From a virus (Duplodnaviria; Caudoviricetes): 52,220 nucleotides of DNA. Below the pieces are notes generated by a model. That model saw only the letters and a list, made by a program, of their open reading frames with translations, had not been told where the DNA came from and ran no database searches. Shown here in pieces: positions 27,150-35,621 of the stretch. The stretch lies in IMG/VR virus record IMGVR_UViG_3300014962_000011, positions 1 through 52,220 of that record, one strand, 5' to 3'. Numbering within the stretch: the first letter of the stretch is position 1; every line of letters starts with the position of its first letter. A program made the translations under genes and the position numbers.

Positions 27150-27593
27150 TTAGCTTAAAGCCCGGTCTATCTTGTTCACTACGCTGTCATGTATCGCCGG
27201 GAGTATCTTAGAGTTATTTTCAGGCGTAAGCGTGAATGCTTTATCGCCGTCTCGCTTCTTTAGGTAGAAGCTCTTTTTTTCACCCTCCTTAGTGGTTGCA
27301 GGGCTATCGAAGCCATATTGCCCATTTTCGACGGTAAGGGTCATTTCTGCGTGCATTTCCCCGGTAAGTTCATAATCTACCTGCCCGGACTTACCCATAC
27401 GCATTTTTCTGCGCCTGTATGCTTCCGTATAAGGGTGAAAAGGTTGCTCATTGCCCGTCACGTGTTCGGTCTTCTGCTGCTCATTCATCAGGGCAACGAG
27501 CTTATCCTTTTGTTCTGTCATGGCCCGCCCCACTACGTCGATAACGTCAACAGCATTTAGCTTGTCGTACATCTGTTTAGCGGTAAGGCCCAT
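27150..27593 (-). CDS. tail completion / neck protein
   Basis: PYTEAYRRRK...VDYELTGEM motif typical of virion morphogenesis proteins. Confidence 0.6.
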   Translation of the reverse strand: MGLTAKQMYDKLNAVDVIDVVGRAMTEQKDKLVALMNEQQKTEHVTGNEQPFHPYTEAYRRRKMRMGKSGQVDYELTGEMHAEMTLTVENGQYGFDSPATTKEGEKKSFYLKKRDGDKAFTLTPENNSKILPAIHDSVVNKIDRALS

Positions 27594-27595
27594 AT

Positions 27596-27805
27596 CTATG
27601 CTTTTGGTTTGTCCTCAACAACGGGCGTAGCAGGTGCGGCTTTCTCTTTCTTGCCGTACTTAGCCCATGCGTCGTTCAGTTCTTCTTCGGTATGGCCGTT
27701 GTCCTTACCCCACTTAAAAAAGTCGTCTTTTTTTGTGTAGGATGCAACAAATTGAACATCCCAGCTTACGTTCTTCATGTGAAAATATTTTAACGGGGCA
27801 GGCAT
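27596..27805 (-). CDS. hypothetical tail-region protein
   Basis: Between the major tail gene and the neck gene. Confidence 0.6.
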   Translation of the reverse strand: MPAPLKYFHMKNVSWDVQFVASYTKKDDFFKWGKDNGHTEEELNDAWAKYGKKEKAAPATPVVEDKPKA

Positions 27806-27834
27806 ATTGCAGCCTGCGCCCGTAGGTGAAACAA

Positions 27835-28851
27835 TTAGAATGTGTGAACTGCTGCGTTAAAGCCGTTCTGTGTCAGGCTGCCTATTTCCACAACCACGTT
27901 GCAGTTAGGGATGATGCCATTCACCACCGATGGAGCCTGTAAGGTGAATTGTACCACATCACCAGATGTTGGCGCAGAAGACAGCACTATCTTAGCGTAC
28001 CAATATGTTTGATTGGACACTACTATGCTGCCACATGTGATGCTGGCTATGCTTGCCGCCGATGCGGTGGTTAGGTTGTAAGCCTTAAAGCAACCAGCAG
28101 TGAGCGCAGAAACATATGTCTGTATGAAGTCCGCGCTGTCGTCACCAAACTTTGCAGTAACCACGGCTGTTGTAGTGGTTGTAATGCTCAGTGGTGTACC
28201 CAGAACGCTAGATACGTCCTGCATTACCACATTTTGCAGCATAGCCACACTGTCAATGTCGTAGTTGGCCGCGTAATACCTTGCCCCCTCGTTGTACTGC
28301 GCGCGGTTCTTACCCTGCACAGTGAGCATATATTGGTTTGCGGTCTTATCGGTGGCGCGTTTTGCGTCCTTAACAAAGAACTGGTAGCGGCTAAACGCCT
28401 TAAGTCCACCAGCGCCGGTAGGATCTACGCAGCCCAGCCACGAACCATTGCTGTCAATGAAAAAGTAGTCATATTGCTGTGTGTTGTTGAAGCTCAACAT
28501 TTCCTGGTAGTTGCCCCAGTTGGACATGTACCTGAACTGGTATTTGGGAGCATACTTGAACACCTCTGTTTGCAGCACTCCGGTATCTTCGTTGGAAGCA
28601 TCCTTTGTCTGATCCTCAAAGGCATCAAGATTCATAAAGCCAAACCAGCGCGAAGGGCGACTATCAGCAATGAACTTGCCATTTACATACGTTGCAAACG
28701 TAGAAGGGTTAACCATCTGCGCAGCCGGTATGGTAGTGCCTGTTGGAACCATAGCAATGCCGCGAATAAGGCCCGGCTCCAGATAAGTTGATATTGCACC
28801 TGTATTCCCTATCTGGATAATCGGGTTAAGGTTGACATTTGTTTGTGCCAT
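27835..28851 (-). CDS. major tail tube protein
   Basis: Position and size (338 aa); FFIDSNG...LG; extra C-terminal beta domain. Confidence 0.65.
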   Translation of the reverse strand: MAQTNVNLNPIIQIGNTGAISTYLEPGLIRGIAMVPTGTTIPAAQMVNPSTFATYVNGKFIADSRPSRWFGFMNLDAFEDQTKDASNEDTGVLQTEVFKYAPKYQFRYMSNWGNYQEMLSFNNTQQYDYFFIDSNGSWLGCVDPTGAGGLKAFSRYQFFVKDAKRATDKTANQYMLTVQGKNRAQYNEGARYYAANYDIDSVAMLQNVVMQDVSSVLGTPLSITTTTTAVVTAKFGDDSADFIQTYVSALTAGCFKAYNLTTASAASIASITCGSIVVSNQTYWYAKIVLSSAPTSGDVVQFTLQAPSVVNGIIPNCNVVVEIGSLTQNGFNAAVHTF

Positions 28852-28863
28852 TTTTTGTAGAGT

Positions 28864-29496
28864 TTATTGGTTAAAAAGATTGTTGTTTTGCTGTTTTATT
28901 AACGGGTTATAGCGTAGTTCTAAGTCAATTCTAAAGCAGTATTTTGGGTGCATATCGTCGAGCAATGCCCTTAGTTTTTGTGCCCCACTGAACCGCTCCA
29001 GCACCTTGTCAATATCCCTGAAGGTGTCGTGGACCGTGAAGCCGTTGCCGTTGCTCTGAACGTAGTTGCGAACGTCATTGATACATACCTCGTCAAGCCT
29101 TTGCCCCTGCGCGTTTGTAATGCCGCCGGGCGTTATCTTCGACAGGTCAACAAAGAACAGCCATTGCAGGTAAGCGGTATCTTCATACTTGCCATATACG
29201 CCGGGGTCGCGCTTTTGCGGGTCTGACATAGCAAAGAATGACATAGCGCTCAATGTGTCCTGATAGAACAAACCGCCCTGTGCATTTACTCCGCCTCCGT
29301 CTACATACTGCCCCGTGGTTGGATCTAGGAACTCGGGGATATACCCGTCTTCGGTTTTGTTCCTGTATGCCCTGCCAAAGCAGTTGTAAGTGTCATCGGT
29401 TACACCCCAAAGCGATTTAGCCTTTCTGTACCATCGGTCTTGCAACCCCTGCACATAAAAGTCTATTCCTTGCAGTATGGGTACTTGGTAGTTCAT
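28864..29496 (-). CDS. tail terminator / head-tail joining protein
   Basis: Upstream of the tail tube gene; DMHPKYCFRIDLELRY C-terminus. Confidence 0.55.
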   Translation of the reverse strand: MNYQVPILQGIDFYVQGLQDRWYRKAKSLWGVTDDTYNCFGRAYRNKTEDGYIPEFLDPTTGQYVDGGGVNAQGGLFYQDTLSAMSFFAMSDPQKRDPGVYGKYEDTAYLQWLFFVDLSKITPGGITNAQGQRLDEVCINDVRNYVQSNGNGFTVHDTFRDIDKVLERFSGAQKLRALLDDMHPKYCFRIDLELRYNPLIKQQNNNLFNQ

Positions 29497-30794
29497 TATG
29501 CCGTGCCTACTTCTAGCGTTGATACTCTTTGCAATCCTTGCTTTGCCGTCCTGAGCGCGTCCTGCACACGATGTATTAGCCCGGTTGCCTTTGGCTTGTT
29601 TTCAAAGTAGTTGCCCGGTTGACCATTTAGTGCAATATTGAGCGCATCAAGTCCGCCTAAAGAATCAACTATGCGCTGAACCCCATTTGACCGGTACGAA
29701 AACTTGCAAAGCTCTATGACCTTGCAGGCCATCATAAGTCCGAATAATTCATCGAATAGGTGCGCGCTTTGCACGATGTTATTGGTGGCATCAATGAAAG
29801 TGCTGATTTCAAGATTCAGCCCGTACATAAGGTTGTTGGAGCCTATATTCGACCTGTTGAAATTACGCTCACCTGTCACGGGATCCGCCTGCTCATTTGC
29901 TGAAAAGGCAAGTACAGTAAGTGGGTGGAACCTATTATATCCGCATGGATAGTAAACAGCTTGCACATTTGGGTTTTCCTCCAAAATATCAGCTTGCCAA
30001 TACCCGAGATACCACCTGCCTCCCTTGTATTGCTCGGGAACCAGATTATTCAGTATAACTGTTTCTCCCAAATTGATAATGGTTTCCTCATATGCATTGC
30101 ACGTAACAGGAATGGTCATTATCGGGTTTAGGAAGAAGTCGTTATACAGATACAGGTTAAAGCTGATCGCCTCTGTGAAAAACAGGATAACACTGTTGAA
30201 CTTTACCCCATAATCCCCTTTGCCGATATATATCTTTAGTCCTACAAACTGATTGGAATTAGCCACAAGCTGCAAGGGCAGCGTAAGGTCATTGCGCCAA
30301 AAAGCCAGCTTTGCTTTATCTACTACCGGTGCGTTGCTGTAAACGGTATTTATCATTTCCAATGCGACAGACCTTTGCAGGTTGTCAAGATAGCTGGATA
30401 ATGTACCGCCTATTGGCTTCATAGCATCAAGCACCGTAGTATCGCATATGGGATGGAAGTCCTCGAAATATCGCTGACTGTCTGATATTAATCCCTGTGA
30501 CTTCCATAATACGCGATTCTTAACAGCGTTGTATACGTTGTTAAAGTTTATGCCATTTGTCAAAGAACGAATCGGCTCGACCGTTAGCTGGGCTGCTGTT
30601 GCATCACTGTCTACGGTGTAGACTATCTGCACATTACCCGCCGCTATCGCCGTTACTAATCCAGTAGAGGCGTTCACAGTAGCTATTGCGGTGTTTGTGC
30701 TGCTCCAAACACCTGCGGGCGTGGCGCTACTAAGGGTAGTCGTTGATCCTACCTTTAGTAGCGTTATTCCCGTTATAGGTGCAGGTATGGGCAT
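29496..30794 (-). CDS. head-tail adaptor-like protein with N-terminal Ig-like (Big_2) domain
   Basis: VWSSTNTAIATVNASTGLVTAIAAGNVQI is a Big_2 signature; position after the capsid gene. Confidence 0.6.
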   Translation of the reverse strand: MPIPAPITGITLLKVGSTTTLSSATPAGVWSSTNTAIATVNASTGLVTAIAAGNVQIVYTVDSDATAAQLTVEPIRSLTNGINFNNVYNAVKNRVLWKSQGLISDSQRYFEDFHPICDTTVLDAMKPIGGTLSSYLDNLQRSVALEMINTVYSNAPVVDKAKLAFWRNDLTLPLQLVANSNQFVGLKIYIGKGDYGVKFNSVILFFTEAISFNLYLYNDFFLNPIMTIPVTCNAYEETIINLGETVILNNLVPEQYKGGRWYLGYWQADILEENPNVQAVYYPCGYNRFHPLTVLAFSANEQADPVTGERNFNRSNIGSNNLMYGLNLEISTFIDATNNIVQSAHLFDELFGLMMACKVIELCKFSYRSNGVQRIVDSLGGLDALNIALNGQPGNYFENKPKATGLIHRVQDALRTAKQGLQRVSTLEVGTA

Positions 30795-30797
30795 TGG

Positions 30798-31376
30798 TTA
30801 GTAAGCGGTGGTTTGTGTTGCCGTAAATGTTGCCGTGCAGGTGCCGGTAACTATCGCCCGCACCTGCTTGTACGGGAATATCTCAGCATCTTTCGGCAAA
30901 TACCAGTAGTAGTGAGTAGTCCCCGAACCGGTGAGGGTTGCAGAACTGCCCGAGCAGCCCGCACATGCTGTTGTATTGCCGGTGAGCGTTAGCCAGTTTT
31001 GACCGTCCCTACTGCCTTGTAGTACTGCTGTGCCGGCAAGCGTACCGGTCAGCGATGTTACACTAAAATCAAATAGCTTATCCACATTGCTGGAGTTGCT
31101 GAATTGGTAATAACCGGTATCGGTATTGTAGCCCAACGAATTAACTCGTGGCGCTTTCAGCGTGTCCGGGTGGCTGGAAGATACCGGCGTAACTGTGCCG
31201 AGCGTGATCGTAGCCTGATTACCGGTGGCGTAGCCTATTGAAAGGTATGTGCCGCCAGCATTTATGCCGCCGCGTGTTGCGCTCTGCGTTTGTGCCGGTG
31301 TTTTCGGAATAAATGTTTGCGCCTGTGCGCTGAAACATAAGGCTATAAAAGCCATGATTGCTATTATCTGCTTCAT
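30798..31376 (-). CDS. signal-peptide-bearing protein in the head module (decoration-like)
   Basis: MKQIIAIMAFIALCFSAQA|Q; beta-sandwich-like LQGSRDGQNW; CAGC. Confidence 0.6.
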   Translation of the reverse strand: MKQIIAIMAFIALCFSAQAQTFIPKTPAQTQSATRGGINAGGTYLSIGYATGNQATITLGTVTPVSSSHPDTLKAPRVNSLGYNTDTGYYQFSNSSNVDKLFDFSVTSLTGTLAGTAVLQGSRDGQNWLTLTGNTTACAGCSGSSATLTGSGTTHYYWYLPKDAEIFPYKQVRAIVTGTCTATFTATQTTAY

Positions 31377-31382
31377 TGTTGA

Positions 31383-32495
31383 TTAGGGTTTAAGAGCGAA
31401 GAAATAAATAGGTGTCTCATCGGCTGTCGACAGGTACTGCGTCACATAGGCGATGTAAAAACCTATCTGCCATTGTGTAACACTATCCTGTGTGTAACCA
31501 TGTCCGCCGCCGGTGGTTGTGTCTGCCTGCGTTCTCCATCCGTGAACCATGTACTCCATGCCGGGCACAGTATCGTCAGGAACCATGCCGTAACCACCTG
31601 CGTAGTCGTCGTAGTTACCTGACCCGTCGATGTACAGCTTAGGCATCCACGGAATGAATGCGAAGCTGTTTGATGGCATACAAAGAGCAACACCCTGGTC
31701 GTATCCGCCCACTATTGGAACATCACTATCGCCGAGGATAATATCCTCCCATATGTTACCCATATAGCCGCCTGTCTGCGGCGGTACGGGTGTTGCCTTT
31801 AGCTGGTAAGCGAGGTTGGTCGCGTTCTGCGTAGCCTGCGCCTGCTGGAACTCATACCCGCTTGGGCCTGCATACAGCTTTTGGTCTGCAAAAACATCAT
31901 ACTTAGAGTATCCGTACTTGTTCCAGCGCAGTGTGCTGGTCATAGCAGACCACGGAAGTGTCGCGTTGTTGCCAGATATTTCGTAAGTCTTTGTTATTGG
32001 GTCGAGGGTAGACATTGCAGCGTTTGTGCCGCGTGAGTTTACGCCGTTACGGCTTGCATAAAGCTGCTGGGTGAGCCATGTGCGCAGGCGTTCGCGTAGG
32101 TTACGCTGAGCCTGTGAAACTTCATTGCGGAACAGTTCGCCTTCGCTGAAAACGTTGTCCATCGCTTCAGTTTCGTTGAAGTAAAACTCTTCCGTGAAGG
32201 CTATCCACGTCAGTGTCTGTTGAGAAGAAGTACCGCCGATACCGGTATTGAACGCGGTCATCGCTGTACCATTTGTTGAAGGCTTACGATTTTTAACGTA
32301 GCCATAAACCGGCCTGTTTACCGATTGTTTGATCGCTGAAATGTTCTTAGCGTTCATCAGGAAGTCTTGGTTTTCAAGACCTACGTTGAGCACCTGCGTC
32401 TCAAGTTCGCGCAGTTCCGCTTTGTTGAACTCATCGCGCACAGGGCTTTGATAGGCTGCTAAGAGCGAATCGTAGTAGTTACTACTAGCTGGCAT
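31383..32495 (-). CDS. major capsid protein
   Basis: 370 aa, position after the scaffold region, own promoter; C-terminal ETPIYFFAL. Confidence 0.7.
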   Translation of the reverse strand: MPASSNYYDSLLAAYQSPVRDEFNKAELRELETQVLNVGLENQDFLMNAKNISAIKQSVNRPVYGYVKNRKPSTNGTAMTAFNTGIGGTSSQQTLTWIAFTEEFYFNETEAMDNVFSEGELFRNEVSQAQRNLRERLRTWLTQQLYASRNGVNSRGTNAAMSTLDPITKTYEISGNNATLPWSAMTSTLRWNKYGYSKYDVFADQKLYAGPSGYEFQQAQATQNATNLAYQLKATPVPPQTGGYMGNIWEDIILGDSDVPIVGGYDQGVALCMPSNSFAFIPWMPKLYIDGSGNYDDYAGGYGMVPDDTVPGMEYMVHGWRTQADTTTGGGHGYTQDSVTQWQIGFYIAYVTQYLSTADETPIYFFALKP

Positions 32496-32712
32496 TGTGT
32501 AAGAAATTGATAAGGTTAAAGAATTTGTTGTATTTCGCTAGACGGGCCTACAATGCCGCGCCTATGTAGCATATAGGGAACAACCCTAGTTCTTTTGTGG
32601 GCGGCAACAATCCGCCGGTGGGAGAAGTAACTGGAAGGATGCTAATTGCCAATTACGATGTAAAGATATTCCATTTTCTGGAATAACCAAATAATTCGTC
32701 CGAAAAATGGAA
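32496..32712 (-). promoter_or_regulatory. capsid promoter, two operators and structured 5' UTR
   Basis: TATCTTTA on - at 32661-32668; TTCCattttctGGAA 32669-32683; GTCCgaaaaatGGAA 32698-32712; hairpins ggcgg-attgttg-ccgcc and taggg-ttgtt-cccta in the leader. Confidence 0.55.
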
Positions 32713-32730
32713 AATATTTTTAGGCGAGAC

Positions 32731-33066
32731 TTATTTTAACAATTGCCGAAGCTGTTTATTTATGCCGGAAAATGTATCATTCATCTGATTTGACGCTACT
32801 ACGATAGATTCAGCGCAATTAATCACAGAATTTGCGATGGCTTTCACCTTTTGCGAGCGCACTAACTCCTGCGTTTGTTCGCCCACTATTGCTAATGCGG
32901 GCGCTCCTAATGGGTATCGTGGTATTGGCTGCGCGGCGATTGTTTGAATCTGATTCCGCGTGAATATTGCAAACAGTGCAGCCTTTGCTGTAAACTCATT
33001 TTGCGCCCGTTTCTTCAGGCGAAGCAGCTTGTGTCTGGTGTGATATTTACGCTCTCTTGGTGTCAT
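32731..33066 (-). CDS. hypothetical protein
   Basis: MTPR start; part of the island between scaffold and capsid. Confidence 0.55.
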   Translation of the reverse strand: MTPRERKYHTRHKLLRLKKRAQNEFTAKAALFAIFTRNQIQTIAAQPIPRYPLGAPALAIVGEQTQELVRSQKVKAIANSVINCAESIVVASNQMNDTFSGINKQLRQLLK

Positions 33067-33082
33067 TATTTCATTTTAAATG

Positions 33083-33271
33083 CTATTTCTTGAGGTTTGA
33101 CCTATTTATATAAACCGATATTGCCATGAAAGAAGCCCAAGCGGGGAGGCAAAAGATTATCACCCACGGATTGTGATACACAATGGCGGATTGGGTGGCA
33201 TACACGGTGAGCGCAGCAGGCCCAGCGGCGGCCAATGAATAATGCAGATATTTGCGTAGTCGTGGTGTCAT
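33083..33271 (-). CDS. small two-TM protein
   Basis: Hydrophobic segments; ATGA overlap. Confidence 0.55.
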   Translation of the reverse strand: MTPRLRKYLHYSLAAAGPAALTVYATQSAIVYHNPWVIIFCLPAWASFMAISVYINRSNLKK

Positions 33272-33504
33272 AGCTTATTAATTTCTTCAGGTGGAGTGAA
33301 TGCGAATTTTACGTCTGGCATTGGCTTTCCATAGTTAAACATCGGCAGGTCTTCAATATTTGCGTCGCGCCAAAAAGCCGCGCTCTCATAATCCTCAACT
33401 TCGACAGACCACTTAATCATTAATGCTTTCATTTCCTGAAAGTATGCATTCCATTCTTCTGGTGTTGTTGTGCATTGTGTCATAACGAGAGTGAGGGTTA
33501 CCAA
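33268..33504 (-). CDS. hypothetical protein (UVR-like EDYESAAFWRD)
   Basis: Overlapping neighbours. Confidence 0.55.
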   Translation of the reverse strand: MVTLTLVMTQCTTTPEEWNAYFQEMKALMIKWSVEVEDYESAAFWRDANIEDLPMFNYGKPMPDVKFAFTPPEEINKL

Positions 33505-33761
33505 CTAAATGTAAATGAATAAATGTTGCCAAAATTGTAATTGATGCCAGGCTTAGTATGTAGTTTCAATGTGCGTCTGCCGCTACGATCAAACATAATA
33601 CATGTTTCCTCTCCAAAATAGTTCTTTATCCTCTCTACATCAAAGTCGAATTTCACATCTGCCGGTATCTCATAAATGTAGTGTTCAGGATGCGATACAT
33701 AGCTCTTAAAATATGGCTTTAAGAACTCAATATCTACGTTTTCCTGCAATACATTTTCCAT
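33498..33761 (-). CDS. hypothetical protein
   Basis: Likely start MENVLQE just downstream of the TATATTTG box at 33766-33773. Confidence 0.55.
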   Translation of the reverse strand: MENVLQENVDIEFLKPYFKSYVSHPEHYIYEIPADVKFDFDVERIKNYFGEETCIMFDRSGRRTLKLHTKPGINYNFGNIYSFTFSW

Positions 33762-33789
33762 ACCCCAAATATACAAAAAAACACCCGAT

Positions 33790-33859
33790 TGGCCCCAGCA
33801 GGATTCGAACCTGTGACCTCCCGGTTATCCCGGTTGCTCTACCGCTGAGCTATGGGTTC
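33790..33859 (-). pseudogene. degenerate tRNA (Ile-GAT-like)
   Basis: GAACCCA TA GCTC AGCGGTA GAGC A ACCGG GATAA CCGGG AGGTC ACAGG TTCGAAT CCTGC TGGGGCC A. D and T loops are canonical; the anticodon loop is 5 nt and the acceptor stem has two mismatches. Confidence 0.65.
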
Positions 33860-34031
33860 ATCTACAAAACTCCGAACATTCGCAACAGAGGTGTAAGCAG
33901 ATTTATTACACTTATGAAATTGCTTTGATTGTGCCACGAATGCCGTCTTTACCGGGCGTTTTTGTTAGATACAAATATACAAAAAGGCAGCCTAAAAAGA
34001 CCGCCTGTTCACCATAAAACATGAAAAAGAT

Positions 34032-34238
34032 TTAGTCCATTTGATGCACGTTATCCATGCTGTCGCGCGTCCATATAGCCGATTGGTAGTTGCCTACGTT
34101 CGGGCCTGTGCTGTGCGGGATTGAGTGCTCTATCGCAATAAGCTGTTCGCGAATATCTATCATTCGCGCTTTTGCAGAAAGTCTGGTATCGAACTGCAAA
34201 TCTTTATACTCATCCATCAATTCCTGATATGTTGCCAT
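34032..34238 (-). CDS. hypothetical protein
   Basis: ATG just downstream of the tRNA-Met; followed by a hairpin. Confidence 0.55.
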   Translation of the reverse strand: MATYQELMDEYKDLQFDTRLSAKARMIDIREQLIAIEHSIPHSTGPNVGNYQSAIWTRDSMDNVHQMD

Positions 34239-34251
34239 AAAACCTATTTTG

Positions 34252-34323
34252 TAGCGGGAGGCGGGATCGAACCGCCGACCTATGGATTATGAGTCCATTG
34301 CGCTACCCCTGCGCTATCCCGCG
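34252..34323 (-). tRNA. tRNA-Met(CAT), initiator-like acceptor stem, no encoded CCA
   Basis: CGCGGGA TA GCGC AGGGGTA GCGC A ATGGA CTCATAA TCCAT AGGTC GGCGG TTCGATC CCGCC TCCCGCT A folds as a full cloverleaf with a C1:U72 mismatch. Confidence 0.9.
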
Positions 34324-34328
34324 ATGTG

Positions 34329-34643
34329 TTAATATTCTATTTGTACGGTTTTGTCAATGCTGTCTGTGATTCGACTCCATCTAGGTATCAAGACGGTTTC
34401 GCGCGACCCACATCTAGCCATATACTTAAAAAAGGGACTGGGTGCGCAAGTATGGCGTATCATCCAAACTTTCATTTTTGTTCTCTCACTATAAAATCCA
34501 CCGCCGGTAGGATATTTCATTTCTTCCAATATTAAAGCTCCGCCCCTTTTGGTTAATACCTTGCCTTCGCAAAATAAAAACTCAGTTGTAGTGGGGAATA
34601 AAATCACTCCGCAGACAAACAAGAAAATTCTAATTGCTTTCAT
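34329..34643 (-). CDS. hypothetical protein with hydrophobic N-terminus
   Basis: Likely start MKAIRIF. Confidence 0.4.
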   Translation of the reverse strand: MKAIRIFLFVCGVILFPTTTEFLFCEGKVLTKRGGALILEEMKYPTGGGFYSERTKMKVWMIRHTCAPSPFFKYMARCGSRETVLIPRWSRITDSIDKTVQIEY

Positions 34644-34718
34644 AAAAATCCATTTAATCGTTAAATAAAACCCCACCCTGAGAACAAGGCGAGGTACTTA
34701 TCACCCCATGAAAAAAAC

Positions 34719-35591
34719 CTATGCTATCGTTTCGGCCCGTAGCCTGTTGAATAACTCCTGACGCTTGCGCGCCCAGCCTTCCGTCTTCCCCTTCTTTTCG
34801 ATAGGAAACTGCTTGTCAACCTCCTTTATAATGTCTTCGGTTGACTTGTATTTGCTCACCTTTGGCAATGCAGGGTTACGTACGCGCGGATCGTGTGTTA
34901 CCTTTGGGTCTTTGGGGTCTGTCGCTGGTGCAGCCTTTACCTTGTGCCACGACTTATATTTGTCCTTGCCGCGCTCCTGCTCCCATGCCTGTTGATACGG
35001 CAAGGTGTTTGCTTTTTCGTCTGCAACAAATTTTCCGGTAGACCTATCAAACAAACCCTCAACATCTCCATCCATCTTTATTTCGAAAGTGCGCTGAAGC
35101 CGGGCGATCCACTCATCTTCATCTAGCGCATCGGTCATGCCGTCAAAGAATAGCTTGCGGTACTTCTTTTCCGCTTTTAGCGCCTCTAGCTGTTGCTGGG
35201 CCGTTTGTATCTCTGTATTCTTTGAATCCACGGTCTTTTGCAGATCGGCGAACTTTGTTTCCCATTCCGCCGGTGTTACGCCCGCTTCTTTGACAGCCTT
35301 AGCCTTCATAGCCTCAACTATCTTCTTTGGGTCTTTTGCAGCCGCTCCGGTAAGGCCCAGCTCATACTCTGTATTCATGTTTCTGCACCATATTTCCTGC
35401 GCGTCCTTATCCTTGACGTAGCCCTTACGGATATTAGCCTCCAGCTCTGTATATCCCGCATCGTCATAGACGCGCAACGGCGGCAGCGTAATATCTACCT
35501 CGTCAGTGGCATCAAGCATTTCGGTGATTTGCTCGTCATTGTACTTTAGTGCTTTGAGCGCCTTTATCTGCGCTTCTCTTGAAAGTGGCAT
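34719..35591 (-). CDS. capsid scaffolding protein
   Basis: Charged coiled coil, Pro-rich linker, basic C-terminal helix; between portal and capsid. Confidence 0.65.
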   Translation of the reverse strand: MPLSREAQIKALKALKYNDEQITEMLDATDEVDITLPPLRVYDDAGYTELEANIRKGYVKDKDAQEIWCRNMNTEYELGLTGAAAKDPKKIVEAMKAKAVKEAGVTPAEWETKFADLQKTVDSKNTEIQTAQQQLEALKAEKKYRKLFFDGMTDALDEDEWIARLQRTFEIKMDGDVEGLFDRSTGKFVADEKANTLPYQQAWEQERGKDKYKSWHKVKAAPATDPKDPKVTHDPRVRNPALPKVSKYKSTEDIIKEVDKQFPIEKKGKTEGWARKRQELFNRLRAETIA

Positions 35592-35621
35592 AAGTGTTTG
35601 TTTTTATGTTATGGATGATGG

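Noticed and set aside
26530-27805. Programmed tail-chaperone frameshift
   Set aside because: No convincing slippery heptamer linking two overlapping frames; the genes have separate starts.
33770-34251. Theta/HDV-like ribozymes after the tRNAs
   Set aside because: The 3' flanks are short AT-rich spacers with no nested pseudoknot.
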